From assembly GCA_963626295.1 (NCBI GenBank), contig CAVFWS010000001.1, positions 6,301 to 53,850 on the forward strand: a DNA stretch of 47,550 nucleotides. The letters are read 5' to 3'. Shown here one piece after another: positions 1 through 10,527 of this stretch. The stretch is from Clostridium sp. CAG:138 (GTDB lineage Bacteria > Verrucomicrobiota > Kiritimatiellia > RFP12 > UBA1067). Position 1 is the stretch's first letter, and the number at the start of each line of letters is the position of its first letter. A program made the position numbers and the translations under genes. The notes beneath the pieces are model-generated. The model did no database searches, was not told the origin of the DNA, and saw nothing but the letters and a program-made list of their open reading frames with translations.

Positions 1-71
1 GGCCGGCGACGTGGTGTGGGTTCCGATGAGCTGGTATTGATTGTGGATGTTCCCAAAAGGAGATGCGCAAC

Positions 72-986
72 ATGAAGAGAACTTTGATGGCGATGGCGGC
101 GGCGCTGGGGGCGATGGCCCTTTCAGCGGAGATGCCGCGCAGCGAATGGCACGCGAAGGTCGGGGAATGCGCTCTTGACCCTGCCGTGTTGAAGGGCACG
201 ATGGCGCAGCTTTCCTCTGCTGACAAGACGGCGTTCCTATCCGAGGTCAACGCCGCGATATCGAAGATGCCGGGCAGCGCAGAGGCCAAGGCGGCGAAGT
301 TCCTTGCGGCGAACAGGGCTGCGGTCGCCGCTGCGGGCGCCGCAGACCGTGCCGCCGTGCTTGTGGAGGTCTACGCATCGGTCCCGCCGGAATCGCTCAC
401 GATCGTGAACGAGGAGTTCGCGAAGAATGAGTTCTCCCGTCCCGCGACGATGACAGACGCCGAGTACCTCGGCATCGTGAAGGCGATGATGCAGGATGTC
501 GCCCGGCGCACCGCCACCGTGGAGTCGGGCGCTGTCCGCGCCGGATTCGCGGGCCTGATGTTCATCCGTGCGGCCGGCCCTTCCGCCGAGGCCGCAGTCA
601 CGGAGGCGGTCGTCGCCTCCCTGCCGCAGGAATCCCGCGATGCGGCCAAGGGGACGTGGCTTCCGTCCGCCCTCGGCCGCAACGGCGTTCCCACCTACGA
701 CCCGATGCTTGCGAGCGCGCAGGCCGGCGAGGAGCCCAGCCCTGAGGTGGTGCTCAAGATGCGGCAGATGCAGGTCGTCGATTCGATGCTCGGTGACCTC
801 CAGCGCGGGAAGCCGGTGTGGGAGGTGCCCGACTTCCCCGTGTTCGGCGGCGAAACCGATGCCGCAAGGGGCGGCGGCATCTCCGGCGTGCCTCGCGACC
901 GTGTCGCGACCCCGGGCAGCCCGTACTACAGGGGCAAGGGCCGCAAGCACGTCGAGCCCGGTCCGTACTGGATGCAGAGGCCGTGA
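72..986 (+). CDS. hypothetical secreted protein (no recognisable domain)
   Basis: ORF 63..986. GGAG at 59-62 lies 9 nt before the ATG at 72, whereas the ATG at 63 abuts it. N-terminus MKRTLMAMAAALGAMALSA looks like a Sec signal peptide. First gene of a co-directional polysaccharide cluster. Confidence 0.55.
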   Translation: MKRTLMAMAAALGAMALSAEMPRSEWHAKVGECALDPAVLKGTMAQLSSADKTAFLSEVNAAISKMPGSAEAKAAKFLAANRAAVAAAGAADRAAVLVEVYASVPPESLTIVNEEFAKNEFSRPATMTDAEYLGIVKAMMQDVARRTATVESGAVRAGFAGLMFIRAAGPSAEAAVTEAVVASLPQESRDAAKGTWLPSALGRNGVPTYDPMLASAQAGEEPSPEVVLKMRQMQVVDSMLGDLQRGKPVWEVPDFPVFGGETDAARGGGISGVPRDRVATPGSPYYRGKGRKHVEPGPYWMQRP

Positions 987-1012
987 ACGATTCCATCGCG
1001 AAAGGGCGCATC

Positions 1013-2278
1013 ATGAGAGTGAGGTCTTCGGTTCTATTGGCTACGCTTGCCCTGGCCGGGCCGCTGGCGGCCCAGCAGGGGGTCACGTCCCCGCAGAACG
1101 ACAGTCGTCCGAGCGGCTTCCGGTTCTTCAACAATCGCCTGACGATAAGGCCGTACGTGTCGCTTGAATATACCTACGACTCCAACATCGACACGATGAA
1201 CAACTCCCCCGACGACTCGATCTTCGCCGTCATGCCGGGCGCGGACTTCGAGTGGCATGGCGAGAAGTGGGCCTTGACGGGCGGCGTGTGGTATCGCTAC
1301 CGCTACTACTGCGAATACAACAAGGACTTGGGCGAGAACAGCTATGGCGAAAGCCTCGCGTACAACTATTCCTCCTCCGAGAAGAACGAGAAGGGGTGGT
1401 CGCTCATGCTTTCGGAGCGCTACGGCTACTACAACCAGTCCGACGACCTGATGTCGGGCACGGGCCGCGGCATCTGGCGCGACCGCGAGGCCATCGACGT
1501 GTCTGGCGTAGTCGAGCGCCGCTTCACCGAGCGTCTGCACGCGGACGTGATGGGGCAGTACTCGCGGATCGACTACAAGAACGATACCGGGCACTACGCG
1601 CCGCTCTACGGCTGGTCCCAGTACTCCGCCGGAGCGCAGATCGGGTTCGTCGCCAGCAGGTGGACCGACCTGCTCGTGACGGCTGGGTATTCCCGCTACA
1701 CGCAGGAGACGCTAAGCCATGGAATCCCCTTGAGCCGCGACTACGACAACCACTCCAGCTCGTATTCGGTCCAGGCAGGCTTGGGAACCCACATGACGGA
1801 ACTCATATCCTACCGTGCGCTGGTGGGCGCATCCTGGTTCGAGTACGGCGATTCCGGCTCGACGGACTGCGGCTGGACGTACACGCTGACCGGCAACTGG
1901 CGCATCCACCGCCAGGTGCAGTTCTCCATGCTCGGGTCGAGCTACTACCAGCCATCCGAGCGCTATGCGGGCCAGGGCGTGAAGGTCTACACGATAGGCG
2001 CCGGCATCGCCTACCTCACGCTCGGCGACAGGCTGAGGCTCACCGCCAACGTCAACTTGCGCTACGACGATACCGTGTATTCCGACGCGGTCTACACCCG
2101 CAGGCAGAACTACGACGAGTCGTGGCTGACCGCCCGCCTTGGCGCGGACTATCTCCTCAACCGCTGGATGAGCCTGTACGCGAACGTCATCTGGGACGAG
2201 CAGTGGTGCGATGGCGGCAACGACGACCTGAACTACAGTCGCTTCCAGGGAGTCATCGGGGTCAGGTTCCACTACTGA
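1013..2278 (+). CDS. outer-membrane beta-barrel protein (polysaccharide-locus porin-like)
   Basis: ORF 818..2278 trimmed to the ATG at 1013, where a signal peptide begins (MRVRSSVLLATLALAGPLAAQQ). Y/G/S/N-rich alternating strand pattern throughout. C-terminus ...GVIGVRFHY ends in an aromatic residue, as is typical of outer-membrane barrels. Confidence 0.7.
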   Translation: MRVRSSVLLATLALAGPLAAQQGVTSPQNDSRPSGFRFFNNRLTIRPYVSLEYTYDSNIDTMNNSPDDSIFAVMPGADFEWHGEKWALTGGVWYRYRYYCEYNKDLGENSYGESLAYNYSSSEKNEKGWSLMLSERYGYYNQSDDLMSGTGRGIWRDREAIDVSGVVERRFTERLHADVMGQYSRIDYKNDTGHYAPLYGWSQYSAGAQIGFVASRWTDLLVTAGYSRYTQETLSHGIPLSRDYDNHSSSYSVQAGLGTHMTELISYRALVGASWFEYGDSGSTDCGWTYTLTGNWRIHRQVQFSMLGSSYYQPSERYAGQGVKVYTIGAGIAYLTLGDRLRLTANVNLRYDDTVYSDAVYTRRQNYDESWLTARLGADYLLNRWMSLYANVIWDEQWCDGGNDDLNYSRFQGVIGVRFHY

Positions 2279-2284
2279 TAGGGT

Positions 2285-3727
2285 ATGTTCAGCCAGAGCG
2301 TGTCAAAGTATGGGCTATCAACCCATTTGGCAATCGCCGCCGGCTTGCCGGTGGCGTTGTCGCAATTTGTCTCCGCGCACATCCTTGGCTGCGTCTCGCT
2401 ATGGATATCCCTGCTTGCCGCAATCTGGCTTGTGATGGAGCCTTCCGTGTTCTCCGGCGAGACCGTCTCGGTCGCGAGGAGGCGCGTGCTGAGCGGGATA
2501 CTGCGCGATCCCTTCGCCTGGTTCCTTTCCTTTGCCGTGGCATTCACAATGGTCCGCTGGCTCAACTCAGGGCTGAGGCTCGCCTTTGACGCGGAGACGG
2601 CCGCATGGGCCGTCAGCGAGCCGTTCCTGCCGCTCCTGCCGGCCTCCGTCGGGGATGCAGCGTTCCTCCCGTTCGCCACGGTCGTCGCGATGTCCGTCGT
2701 TGCGCTTGGCGTGAAGCATGCGCTCGGCAGGAACGCGAGGGTCTGGTTCGGGGTCTGCTCCGCCGCAGTGGCGGCTGCGGGCGGCATGGCGGCTGCAATC
2801 TGCGCCGGATTGGGGACGGAGCCGTTCGCGGCGGCCGCGAGGGCGTCTTTCGGCGCCGAATCCTTCCCCGGTGCGCTGTACGCGCTGTTCCTGCTCGTCG
2901 CGACCGTGTGCGGCGTAGAGGCGGAGGAGCGCGGCCTGACGAAGGCCAGGCTCGTGTTCGCTTGGGCGGTCGCCGGGAACGCCGTGGGCGCCTTCGTGTT
3001 CCTGCCGTCGATACTCTCGCTGCCCTGCCTTTGCGTCACGGCCGCCGTGGCTGCGGTTGCCCTGGCGCTCGCTAACCAGAGGACCTCATCCGCCGCGATG
3101 GCGCGGGCCTTCGCGATGTTCTTCTTCGGCGCCGTCATGGCCGTGTTCGCCGTGATGTCCATGCCGAACGATGGCGTGCGAAGCGCGAAGGGCGATGGCC
3201 TTTCGCCCGAAAAGGCGTTCCCCGCTGCGCTTGCGGACAGGAACGAGGCCCTGCGGCGGATATCGAAGTCCATGTGGCTGACAAGCCCGTGGTCCGGCGT
3301 AGGCCTCGGCGCCTTCCCCCTGCAGGCGCCATTCAACGCGGTCAAGGACGATTGGCTGGTCCTGCCGCCGGAGCCGAAGGACGGCTCCAACCTGTACTTC
3401 ACGCTCATTGCGGAGCAGGGGATAGTAGGCGCCTTGATGTGGGGCCTGTGGATAGGTTTCCTGCTCTGGTTCTGGGTCTCGCGCCTCATAGGGGCGATCA
3501 GGAGGCATGGCGAGCTGGACGAGGCGCGGGCCCTTGTGCTGGATCTCCCGACGGTCGTCTGGATCGGCCCGGTGGTGCTCGCGCTTGCCGCCGCAGACGC
3601 ATGGTTTTCCGTTGGGGTTCCGCTTGCGCCGCTGTTCGTGTGCGTCGCGGTGGCCATGCCGCTGTCGGCGGCTTCCTTCCCGAAGCACAGGCGCGCGGCT
3701 GTTGACAAGAAAGACAATAGGGGATGA
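2285..3727 (+). CDS. O-antigen ligase/polymerase-like (Wzy/WaaL family) integral membrane protein
   Basis: Many hydrophobic segments. A loop is followed by YFTLIAEQGIVGALMWGLWIGFLLWF, which resembles the Wzy_C signature region. Located between the OM barrel and the Wzc-like gene. Confidence 0.65.
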   Translation: MFSQSVSKYGLSTHLAIAAGLPVALSQFVSAHILGCVSLWISLLAAIWLVMEPSVFSGETVSVARRRVLSGILRDPFAWFLSFAVAFTMVRWLNSGLRLAFDAETAAWAVSEPFLPLLPASVGDAAFLPFATVVAMSVVALGVKHALGRNARVWFGVCSAAVAAAGGMAAAICAGLGTEPFAAAARASFGAESFPGALYALFLLVATVCGVEAEERGLTKARLVFAWAVAGNAVGAFVFLPSILSLPCLCVTAAVAAVALALANQRTSSAAMARAFAMFFFGAVMAVFAVMSMPNDGVRSAKGDGLSPEKAFPAALADRNEALRRISKSMWLTSPWSGVGLGAFPLQAPFNAVKDDWLVLPPEPKDGSNLYFTLIAEQGIVGALMWGLWIGFLLWFWVSRLIGAIRRHGELDEARALVLDLPTVVWIGPVVLALAAADAWFSVGVPLAPLFVCVAVAMPLSAASFPKHRRAAVDKKDNRG

Positions 3728-3730
3728 CAG

Positions 3731-6076
3731 ATGGCTTCAGACAACCTTAAGTACGGCGGGAAGCCCATATATTCGGGGTCGGCGAAGAAGTCGCCGATAT
3801 ACTACGGCGTTTCCGGGAATGCCCCGTACTATTACGGACACGGCAGCTACGGGCGGCCTCCGTACGGGGGCGACGGGTCGTCGCAGGATCCGGATTCGCT
3901 CGTCGGGTCGATAACGCCGGCGCGGGTGCTGCGCGTCGTGTCGCAGAGGTGGATCACCGTCCTCGTGTTCCTGCTCGTCGGCCTTGTGGCCTCGTTTGCC
4001 GTCTACCGCATCTCCCCGACGATATACGAGGCGAAGTCCGAGTTCACGATGCAGATGCGCACCCCCAAGACAACCTCCGGCGCCCTCGGGCAGATCACGG
4101 AGGTCGATTACGGCAATACCTACGAGGAGGTGTTCAATACGCGGCTTTCCGATTGGCGTTCCGAGAAGCTGATAACGAAGATCATGCAGCAGTACAGGGC
4201 GAACCACCCTGCCTCCACCGTTTCCGACGAGGATCTTCTGGGTGCGCTTGCCGAGTCGGAGCTGGAGCTTGTGCGCCGTTCAAGGCTCATCACGATTGCG
4301 GTCCGGTCGGGCTCCGCCCAGCTTGCCGCCGACCTGGCGAACTCCTACGCGGAGGCGATCGAGAGCTTCACGGACGAGGAGAACAGGCTCCGCTGCGACA
4401 AGGCCGTAGCCCAGATCAGCGACCAGGTGAAGAAGCAGCGCAGCGTGGACGAGAAGGTGTCGGCGGCGCTGCTCGCTTTCCGCAAGACGCACAAGGTGGA
4501 CAACCTGAAGAGCGAGCGCGAGATCGTCCAGCAGGCCCTGCAGAAGGTCGCCGCCGATGTGCTCAACCTCGAGTCCGAGGTGACGAGCGCGACCGAGTGG
4601 GAGAAGGTGCTTGAGGCGGCGCAGGAGACCCCGGAGGACTTCGGCGCACTGCCGTCTGCCGTCCCGCGCTCGTCGGAGATCGGCCAGGCGTACACGGAGC
4701 TCCAGAAGTGCAAGCTCGAGCTCAACTCCCTGCTCACGTCCTTCACGACCAGCCATCCCGACGTGCGCATCAAGCAGAAGAGCCTCGACATACTCAAGCA
4801 GCAGTTCACCGAGTCCGTCTCGCGCGCCCTCGCCACCGCGCACGGCAACCTCGCGTCGTTCCGCAACCAGCTCGCGGTGCACAGGAAAAGCCGCGACAGG
4901 CTCACGGCCACGCTCGCGGAGATAGACCAGAAGATAATCTCCGCGGAGTCCGGCCTCGCCCAGATAGAGAGCGAGAAGGAGATATCGTCCCTGCTCCTGA
5001 AGCAGCTCCAGCAGGACGAGAACACCGCGCGGATCGCCGCCGAGGCGAACAACGAGATAGTCCGCGTTGGCCGCGTCGCGAGCGTCCCGTCCAAGCCGGT
5101 GCTGCCCAACCCCATCATGATCTTCGCCGTAGGGATCGCAGGCTCGCTCATGCTCGGGTTCCTGTTCGTGCTGGTGCTTGACCACCTTGAGGACACCGTC
5201 ATCTCTATATCCGACATTGAGACGCGCCTCTCGCTCAAGGTCCTGGCCGTGATGCCGCACGTGAGGCGCAAGAAGCGCGAGGAGGTCGCGAAGTTCATCG
5301 CCGAGAACAAGTATTCCCAGTTCGCCGAGGCGGTGGCGGGGCTCCGCAACCTGCTGGACTCGCCGAGGTACGCCGAGATGAACAAGGTGTTCCTCATAAT
5401 GTCCACGCAGCCCGCCGAGGGGAAGTCGATCACGAGCTGCTCCCTCGCGATATCCAACGCGCAGGCGCACCGCAGGACTCTGCTGGTGGACTTCGACATG
5501 CGCCGCCCGCGCCTCGGCAAGGTGTTCGGCCTGACGGGCCTCGACGTCGCCCATTCCTTCTCGCACGCCCTGCAGCGGGGCGGCAAGTGCGATTTCGCCG
5601 GACTGGTGAACGCGTCCGGGATCGATAGCCTCGACGTGATCGCCTCCGTCAAGCCCGAGGGGGTAGACCCGGCCTCGATAATGGGCTCGAGCATCGTCCC
5701 GGAGTTCTTCGCGTGGGCGCGCGAGAACTACGAGCGCGTTATAATCGACTCGCCGCCGTTCGGCATCGTGGGCGACGTGGTCACGCTCGCCTCCATGGTA
5801 GACGGAGTGATGGTCGTGTGCTGCCCGGACCGCACGCACTTCCGCCCGATCCAGTCTGCGGTGCGCAACCTTACCGAGGCCGGGGCGACCATCCTTGGCG
5901 TGATCGTGAACGACGTGGAGACGAACCAGATGGACGGCGGGGCGTTCGCGATGCACGGCCGCCACGGCTACGGATACGGCTACGGCGGGTACAGCTACAG
6001 CTACGGCTACAGGCCGAAGGAGAGGGTTGAGGCCGCGTCGGCCGAGGCGTCGAAGACCGTCACGGACGAGGAGTAG
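3731..6076 (+). CDS. polysaccharide co-polymerase / tyrosine autokinase (Wzc/GumC-like)
   Basis: Two TM segments (VLVFLLVGLVASFAVY; IMIFAVGIAGSLMLGFLFVLVL) flank a long coiled-coil periplasmic region. Walker A is TQPAEGKS, Walker A' is LLVDFDMRRP, Walker B is VIIDSPP. C-terminal Tyr cluster HGYGYGYGGYSYSYGY lies at nt 5969-6010. Confidence 0.88.
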   Translation: MASDNLKYGGKPIYSGSAKKSPIYYGVSGNAPYYYGHGSYGRPPYGGDGSSQDPDSLVGSITPARVLRVVSQRWITVLVFLLVGLVASFAVYRISPTIYEAKSEFTMQMRTPKTTSGALGQITEVDYGNTYEEVFNTRLSDWRSEKLITKIMQQYRANHPASTVSDEDLLGALAESELELVRRSRLITIAVRSGSAQLAADLANSYAEAIESFTDEENRLRCDKAVAQISDQVKKQRSVDEKVSAALLAFRKTHKVDNLKSEREIVQQALQKVAADVLNLESEVTSATEWEKVLEAAQETPEDFGALPSAVPRSSEIGQAYTELQKCKLELNSLLTSFTTSHPDVRIKQKSLDILKQQFTESVSRALATAHGNLASFRNQLAVHRKSRDRLTATLAEIDQKIISAESGLAQIESEKEISSLLLKQLQQDENTARIAAEANNEIVRVGRVASVPSKPVLPNPIMIFAVGIAGSLMLGFLFVLVLDHLEDTVISISDIETRLSLKVLAVMPHVRRKKREEVAKFIAENKYSQFAEAVAGLRNLLDSPRYAEMNKVFLIMSTQPAEGKSITSCSLAISNAQAHRRTLLVDFDMRRPRLGKVFGLTGLDVAHSFSHALQRGGKCDFAGLVNASGIDSLDVIASVKPEGVDPASIMGSSIVPEFFAWARENYERVIIDSPPFGIVGDVVTLASMVDGVMVVCCPDRTHFRPIQSAVRNLTEAGATILGVIVNDVETNQMDGGAFAMHGRHGYGYGYGGYSYSYGYRPKERVEAASAEASKTVTDEE

Positions 6077-6079
6077 GCG

Positions 6080-7240
6080 ATGCGGCGGCAATTGAAGCGT
6101 TGCGTCGTCACAGGCGGCGCAGGATTCATCGGGTCCGCGCTTGTGAGGCGTCTCGTGCGCGACACGGACGCGACGGTGCTCGTGATCGACAAGCTCACGT
6201 ACGCGGGATGCCTCGAGTCCCTGCGGGACGCCGGCGTTCAGCCGTGGTCTGCGCCCGATGCGATGTGCGACGAGATCGGGTCCGCTGGCGTCCCGGGCCT
6301 GCCGCGATGCCAGTTCCTTCAGGCTGACATATGCGACATGGACGCGATGGCCGCGGCGTTCGACGTGTTCCAGCCGGACACCGTGTTCCACCTCGCCGCG
6401 GAATCGCACGTGGACAGGTCGATCGACGGCCCGGGCGAGTTCGTCCGCACGAACGTGACTGGCACCGCGACGCTCCTCCAGGTCGCGCTTGCGTACTGGA
6501 AGGGACTCCCTGACGCTCTGGCGCCCGGCGGCGGACCTTCTGCCTCCAGGGGAGACTTCCGTTTCCAGTACATATCCACCGACGAGGTGTACGGTTCGCT
6601 CGGAGAGTCAGGCTTCTTCACCGAATCGACCCCGTACGCCCCGCACTCCCCGTATTCGGCGTCCAAGGCGGCATCCGACCATCTCGTCCGCGCCTGGCAC
6701 GACACATACGGATTGCCAACGCTCATCACCAACTGCTCGAACAACTACGGGCCATACCATTTCCCCGAGAAGCTGATTCCCCTGACGATACTGAATTGCC
6801 TCGAAGGCAGGCCCATTCCGGTGTACGGGAGCGGCGCGAACGTGCGCGACTGGCTCTATGTGGATGACCACGTGTCGGCGCTTCTGCTCGTGAACGAAAA
6901 GGGCGTTCCGGGCGAGACGTACAATGTTGGGGGGCACAACGAGCGCACCAACATGGAGGTCGTAAAGACGGTGTGCTCCACATTGGATCAGCTTCGCCCA
7001 CGCGGTTCCGGGAAATACGAAGATCTCATAACGCACGTCGCTGACCGCCCAGGCCACGACCTTAGATACGCGATAGACCCGACGAAGCTGATGCGGAACC
7101 TCGGATGGTCGCCGAAGGAGACCTTCGACACCGGGATCCGCAAGACCGTGCAGTGGTATCTCGACAACGAGTGGTGGTGGCGTCCAATCCGCGAGAGACG
7201 GTATGGCGGCGAGCGGCTTGGCGTAGGCGCACGGACATAA
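6080..7240 (+). CDS. rfbB: dTDP-glucose 4,6-dehydratase
   Basis: [10 protein letters not shown] Rossmann motif and [10 protein letters not shown] (YxxxK). Overall pattern typical of RfbB, including [17 protein letters not shown]. Confidence 0.9.
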   Translation: MRRQLKRCVVTGGAGFIGSALVRRLVRDTDATVLVIDKLTYAGCLESLRDAGVQPWSAPDAMCDEIGSAGVPGLPRCQFLQADICDMDAMAAAFDVFQPDTVFHLAAESHVDRSIDGPGEFVRTNVTGTATLLQVALAYWKGLPDALAPGGGPSASRGDFRFQYISTDEVYGSLGESGFFTESTPYAPHSPYSASKAASDHLVRAWHDTYGLPTLITNCSNNYGPYHFPEKLIPLTILNCLEGRPIPVYGSGANVRDWLYVDDHVSALLLVNEKGVPGETYNVGGHNERTNMEVVKTVCSTLDQLRPRGSGKYEDLITHVADRPGHDLRYAIDPTKLMRNLGWSPKETFDTGIRKTVQWYLDNEWWWRPIRERRYGGERLGVGART

Positions 7241-7262
7241 AACCCAAGACTGGTGCGGCGCC

Positions 7263-10200
7263 GTGTCCGAAAGGTGCGACATATTCGCGAAGGCGTTTTG
7301 CGCGGGCGTTCCGGACGGGGCGCCCGCCGTCGCCTATCAGTCGTTTTCGGGAAGTGCGGCGGCGTTTGCGGCGGCGACGTTGGCCGTTCGAGGCAAGGGC
7401 GTTGTGCTCGCGGTCACGGCGGGGCTTCCCGAGGCCGATGCGCTGTTCGCGGACCTTGAGGCGATAGCGGACGAGGTTGGTGTGCGCGTCCTTGAGTTTC
7501 CGCCCGACATCGAGGATGACAGGTGCTCCACGGCTGCGAGGCTTAAGGTGTCGGCCGTTCTCGGCGCCTACATGATGCGCCCATATCCGCTCGTGATAGT
7601 TTCGCCGGTGGTGGCATTGGCTGGGGCGGTCGCGTCCTCGGATGCAGCGCACAGGGCGGAACTGGATCTTTCACCCGGCCTGAAACCCGATGCCAATACG
7701 GATGCCCCCTCGTTCGCGTCAATCCAGGAGAAGCTGCTCGCGATCGGCTATGAGCGAACTGTGGAAGTCTCGTCGCCGGGCGAGTTCTCCGTGCGAGGAG
7801 GCGTGCTTGACGTATGGAGTCCGGATTCAGAAACCCCAGTGCGGGCGGAATTCTTCGGCGACGAGATAGAGAGCATCCGCAGGTTCGACCCGGGCACGCA
7901 GATGTCTGTCGGCAAGGTCGATTCCGCGAAAATCGCCCCGGTGTCCGTCCCCGGCGATGGAGCGGACGGCGCACCACTGCTTTCGCTCCTCCCCGCGAAC
8001 GGGATCGTGCTTGCGATAGACCACAATTCCTACCCGACCGAGGCGGAATGCATCCGGTCGCGTGGGTTCGGGATGGTGTTTGTCGGCGATCCGGCTCCGC
8101 GGGACGTCCCGACGTGCCCGTTCGTGTCGGCCCCGCTCCCGGGGTTCGCGGAGCAGCGCGTCACGGACGCAATGCTCGTCGAGCGCGTGCGCGAGACGCT
8201 CAGGGGATATCTGGCGGCAGAGAGGCGCAAGGGCGCGCTTGTCGTCGAGGACGACAGGCTTGGCGGCGGATTCTCGTGTGACGGGCTTGTCGTTGTGGCC
8301 AAGAGCGACAGGGTGCCGGGCGTTCGCGGACGGCTTTCGGGGGCAGGGGCGAGGGCGAATGCCGCATCGCATTCGGGCGGACGCCTCTCTGCGTCGATGG
8401 ACATCGAGCCAGGCGAGCTCGTGGTGCATCTCGATTACGGGATAGGACGATTCCTCGGATCGACGGAGGTTGAGGTAGGCGGCGTACGCAGCGAGGTGTT
8501 CACGATAGAGTACGCCGACGGGGCGAAACTCCATGTCCCGGTCGCCCATGCGCACCTCCTTTCCCGCTATGTCGGCGTAAAGGGCGAGAAGGTGAGGCTA
8601 CACCGCCTTGACGGACGCCGGTGGGTCCGCGAGAAGTCCGATGCTCAAAAGGCGGTCGCAGACCTTGCCGCCGCGCTATTGGAGACGCAGGCCCGCCGCG
8701 CCGTCGTGCCGGGGTTCGCGTACGACGTCGAGGCGGACGGCATAGGCGCGTTCGAGGCGGCGTTCCCGTACGAGGAAACCCCCGACCAGCGGAAGGCCAT
8801 CGAGGACGTCAAGCGCGACCTTGCCTCGCGCAAGCCGATGGACCGCCTCATCTGCGGCGATGCCGGATACGGCAAGACCGAGGTCGCGATGAGGGCCGCG
8901 TTCATTGCCGCCATGAACGGGAAGCAGACGGCGCTGCTTGCTCCGACGACGGTCCTTGCCCAGCAGCACTACGAGACGTTCCTCGCGAGGTTCGAGGGCA
9001 CGCCAGTCCGCATTGAGGCGATGAGCCGCTTCCAGTCCGAGGACGAGAAAAGGGGGGCTCGCGCCCGTCTCGCGAGCGGCGCCGCCGACATGGTGATAGG
9101 CACGCACGCGATGCTGTCCTCGAAGATGCGGTTCCATGACCTTGGGCTGATAATCGTCGATGAGGAACAGCGGTTCGGCGTACGTCACAAGGAATACCTA
9201 AAGCGGTTGCGGTCAACTGCGGACGTGCTTACCATGAGCGCGACCCCCATACCGCGCACGCTATACCTGTCGATGACGGGCGCGAGGGACATGTCCGTGC
9301 TGAAGACGCCGCCACGCGAGCGCGTCGCCACGGAGACGAGGATAGTGCGCGACTCCGACGCGACGGTGAAGTCCGCCATCGCCAGGGAACTTGCGCGTGG
9401 CGGGCAGGTGTACTATCTGCACAACAGGGTGATCACCATATCGCGGGCGGAGAGGCGCGTCAGGTCGCTGTTCCCGGACGCAAGGGTGGATGTCGCCCAC
9501 GGGCAGATGCCCACCTCGGTGCTGGCGGACAAGATGCGCGGCTTTTCGGAGGGGCGTACCGATGTGCTCATATGCACCACCATCGTGGAGTCGGGGCTGG
9601 ATATCACCCGCGCGAACACGATAATCGTGGATCGCGCCGACCGCTTCGGGATCGCAGAACTCTACCAGCTTCGCGGGCGCGTCGGACGAGGGGCGCGTCA
9701 GGGCTACGCATACTTTCTGTTGCCGTCCGAAGGGATGATAGATTCCGAGGCCAGGGAACGTCTTGACGCCCTGCGCAAGCATTCGGGGAACGGCAGCGGG
9801 TACAACCTGTCCCTCCGGGACCTGGAGCTGCGCGGGGCCGGCAACCTGCTTGGCAGCGAGCAGTCCGGACACATAGCGGCGATAGGCTTTTCCCTGTACT
9901 GCCAGCTCCTCCGCCGCACGATAGCGAAGATGCGCGGCGAGGCGGTGCCAGATGTCATTGATGTTTCCGTCAACCTCGACTTCATCGACTTCTCGCCCGG
10001 CACCGCCGATCCCGGTTCCGGCGCGTCGCTCCCATACGATTATGTGGAGGATGAGTCGCAGAGGATGGACTTCCATCGCCGCCTTGCGGAAGTCGCTTCC
10101 GTAAAGGATGTTGCGCGGCTGAGGCGGGAGCTCGCCGACAGGTATGGAAGGCTGCCCCCCGCCGCCGTGCGGCTTGTCCGCCTCGCCGAGTTCAGGATGA

Positions 10201-10361
10201 GATGCGCCACGAAGCGCGTGGCGCGGTTGGACGTGAAGGGCGTCAAGGCGATATTCTACCTGCAGGGCAGCCGCGACCCGTCCTTTGTGGAACGTCTGTA
10301 CGGGGACACGCCAGACCAGAAGATCTCATCCCTATTCAGGATCGTGGATGCCTTATCCTGA
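7263..10361 (+). CDS. mfd: transcription-repair coupling factor
   Basis: GTG start. CarD-like segment (VVHLDYGIGRFLG). Helicase motifs GDAGYGKTEVAMRAAF and DEEQRFGV. Length 1032 aa. Confidence 0.9.
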   Translation: MSERCDIFAKAFCAGVPDGAPAVAYQSFSGSAAAFAAATLAVRGKGVVLAVTAGLPEADALFADLEAIADEVGVRVLEFPPDIEDDRCSTAARLKVSAVLGAYMMRPYPLVIVSPVVALAGAVASSDAAHRAELDLSPGLKPDANTDAPSFASIQEKLLAIGYERTVEVSSPGEFSVRGGVLDVWSPDSETPVRAEFFGDEIESIRRFDPGTQMSVGKVDSAKIAPVSVPGDGADGAPLLSLLPANGIVLAIDHNSYPTEAECIRSRGFGMVFVGDPAPRDVPTCPFVSAPLPGFAEQRVTDAMLVERVRETLRGYLAAERRKGALVVEDDRLGGGFSCDGLVVVAKSDRVPGVRGRLSGAGARANAASHSGGRLSASMDIEPGELVVHLDYGIGRFLGSTEVEVGGVRSEVFTIEYADGAKLHVPVAHAHLLSRYVGVKGEKVRLHRLDGRRWVREKSDAQKAVADLAAALLETQARRAVVPGFAYDVEADGIGAFEAAFPYEETPDQRKAIEDVKRDLASRKPMDRLICGDAGYGKTEVAMRAAFIAAMNGKQTALLAPTTVLAQQHYETFLARFEGTPVRIEAMSRFQSEDEKRGARARLASGAADMVIGTHAMLSSKMRFHDLGLIIVDEEQRFGVRHKEYLKRLRSTADVLTMSATPIPRTLYLSMTGARDMSVLKTPPRERVATETRIVRDSDATVKSAIARELARGGQVYYLHNRVITISRAERRVRSLFPDARVDVAHGQMPTSVLADKMRGFSEGRTDVLICTTIVESGLDITRANTIIVDRADRFGIAELYQLRGRVGRGARQGYAYFLLPSEGMIDSEARERLDALRKHSGNGSGYNLSLRDLELRGAGNLLGSEQSGHIAAIGFSLYCQLLRRTIAKMRGEAVPDVIDVSVNLDFIDFSPGTADPGSGASLPYDYVEDESQRMDFHRRLAEVASVKDVARLRRELADRYGRLPPAAVRLVRLAEFRMRCATKRVARLDVKGVKAIFYLQGSRDPSFVERLYGDTPDQKISSLFRIVDALS

Positions 10362-10527
10362 ATCCGGCAGTTGAGTCTCCGTGCGAGCCATGGAGAAATG
10401 TAGAGATTCCAACTGCCGATCCAGGGCAAAAGGGAAAGCCACACGGATGTGCGGCTTGCGAATGGTTGCCCCATAAGGACGCGAGGCTTGACAAGCAGAT
10501 TCATTTTGCTTTCACCGCGACGCCCAC

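Noticed and set aside
1252-2589. 445-aa alternative-frame ORF over the OM barrel and Wzy-like genes
   Set aside because: It is an Arg/Pro-rich frame crossing a clear gene boundary (stop 2278, start 2285) and has no features of a real protein.
4280-6409. 709-aa ORF antisense to the Wzc-like gene and the rfbB 5' end
   Set aside because: It is Arg/Gly/His/Leu-rich with no motifs, and lies opposite a gene with clear Walker and Tyr-cluster motifs. Such long antisense frames are typical artefacts of ~70% GC DNA.
10487-10492. Consensus TTGACA hexamer in the mfd-ferredoxin spacer
   Set aside because: There is no acceptable -10 at 16-18 nt (ttcacc). The TTGATT-17-TATAAT pair 40 nt downstream is the better promoter.
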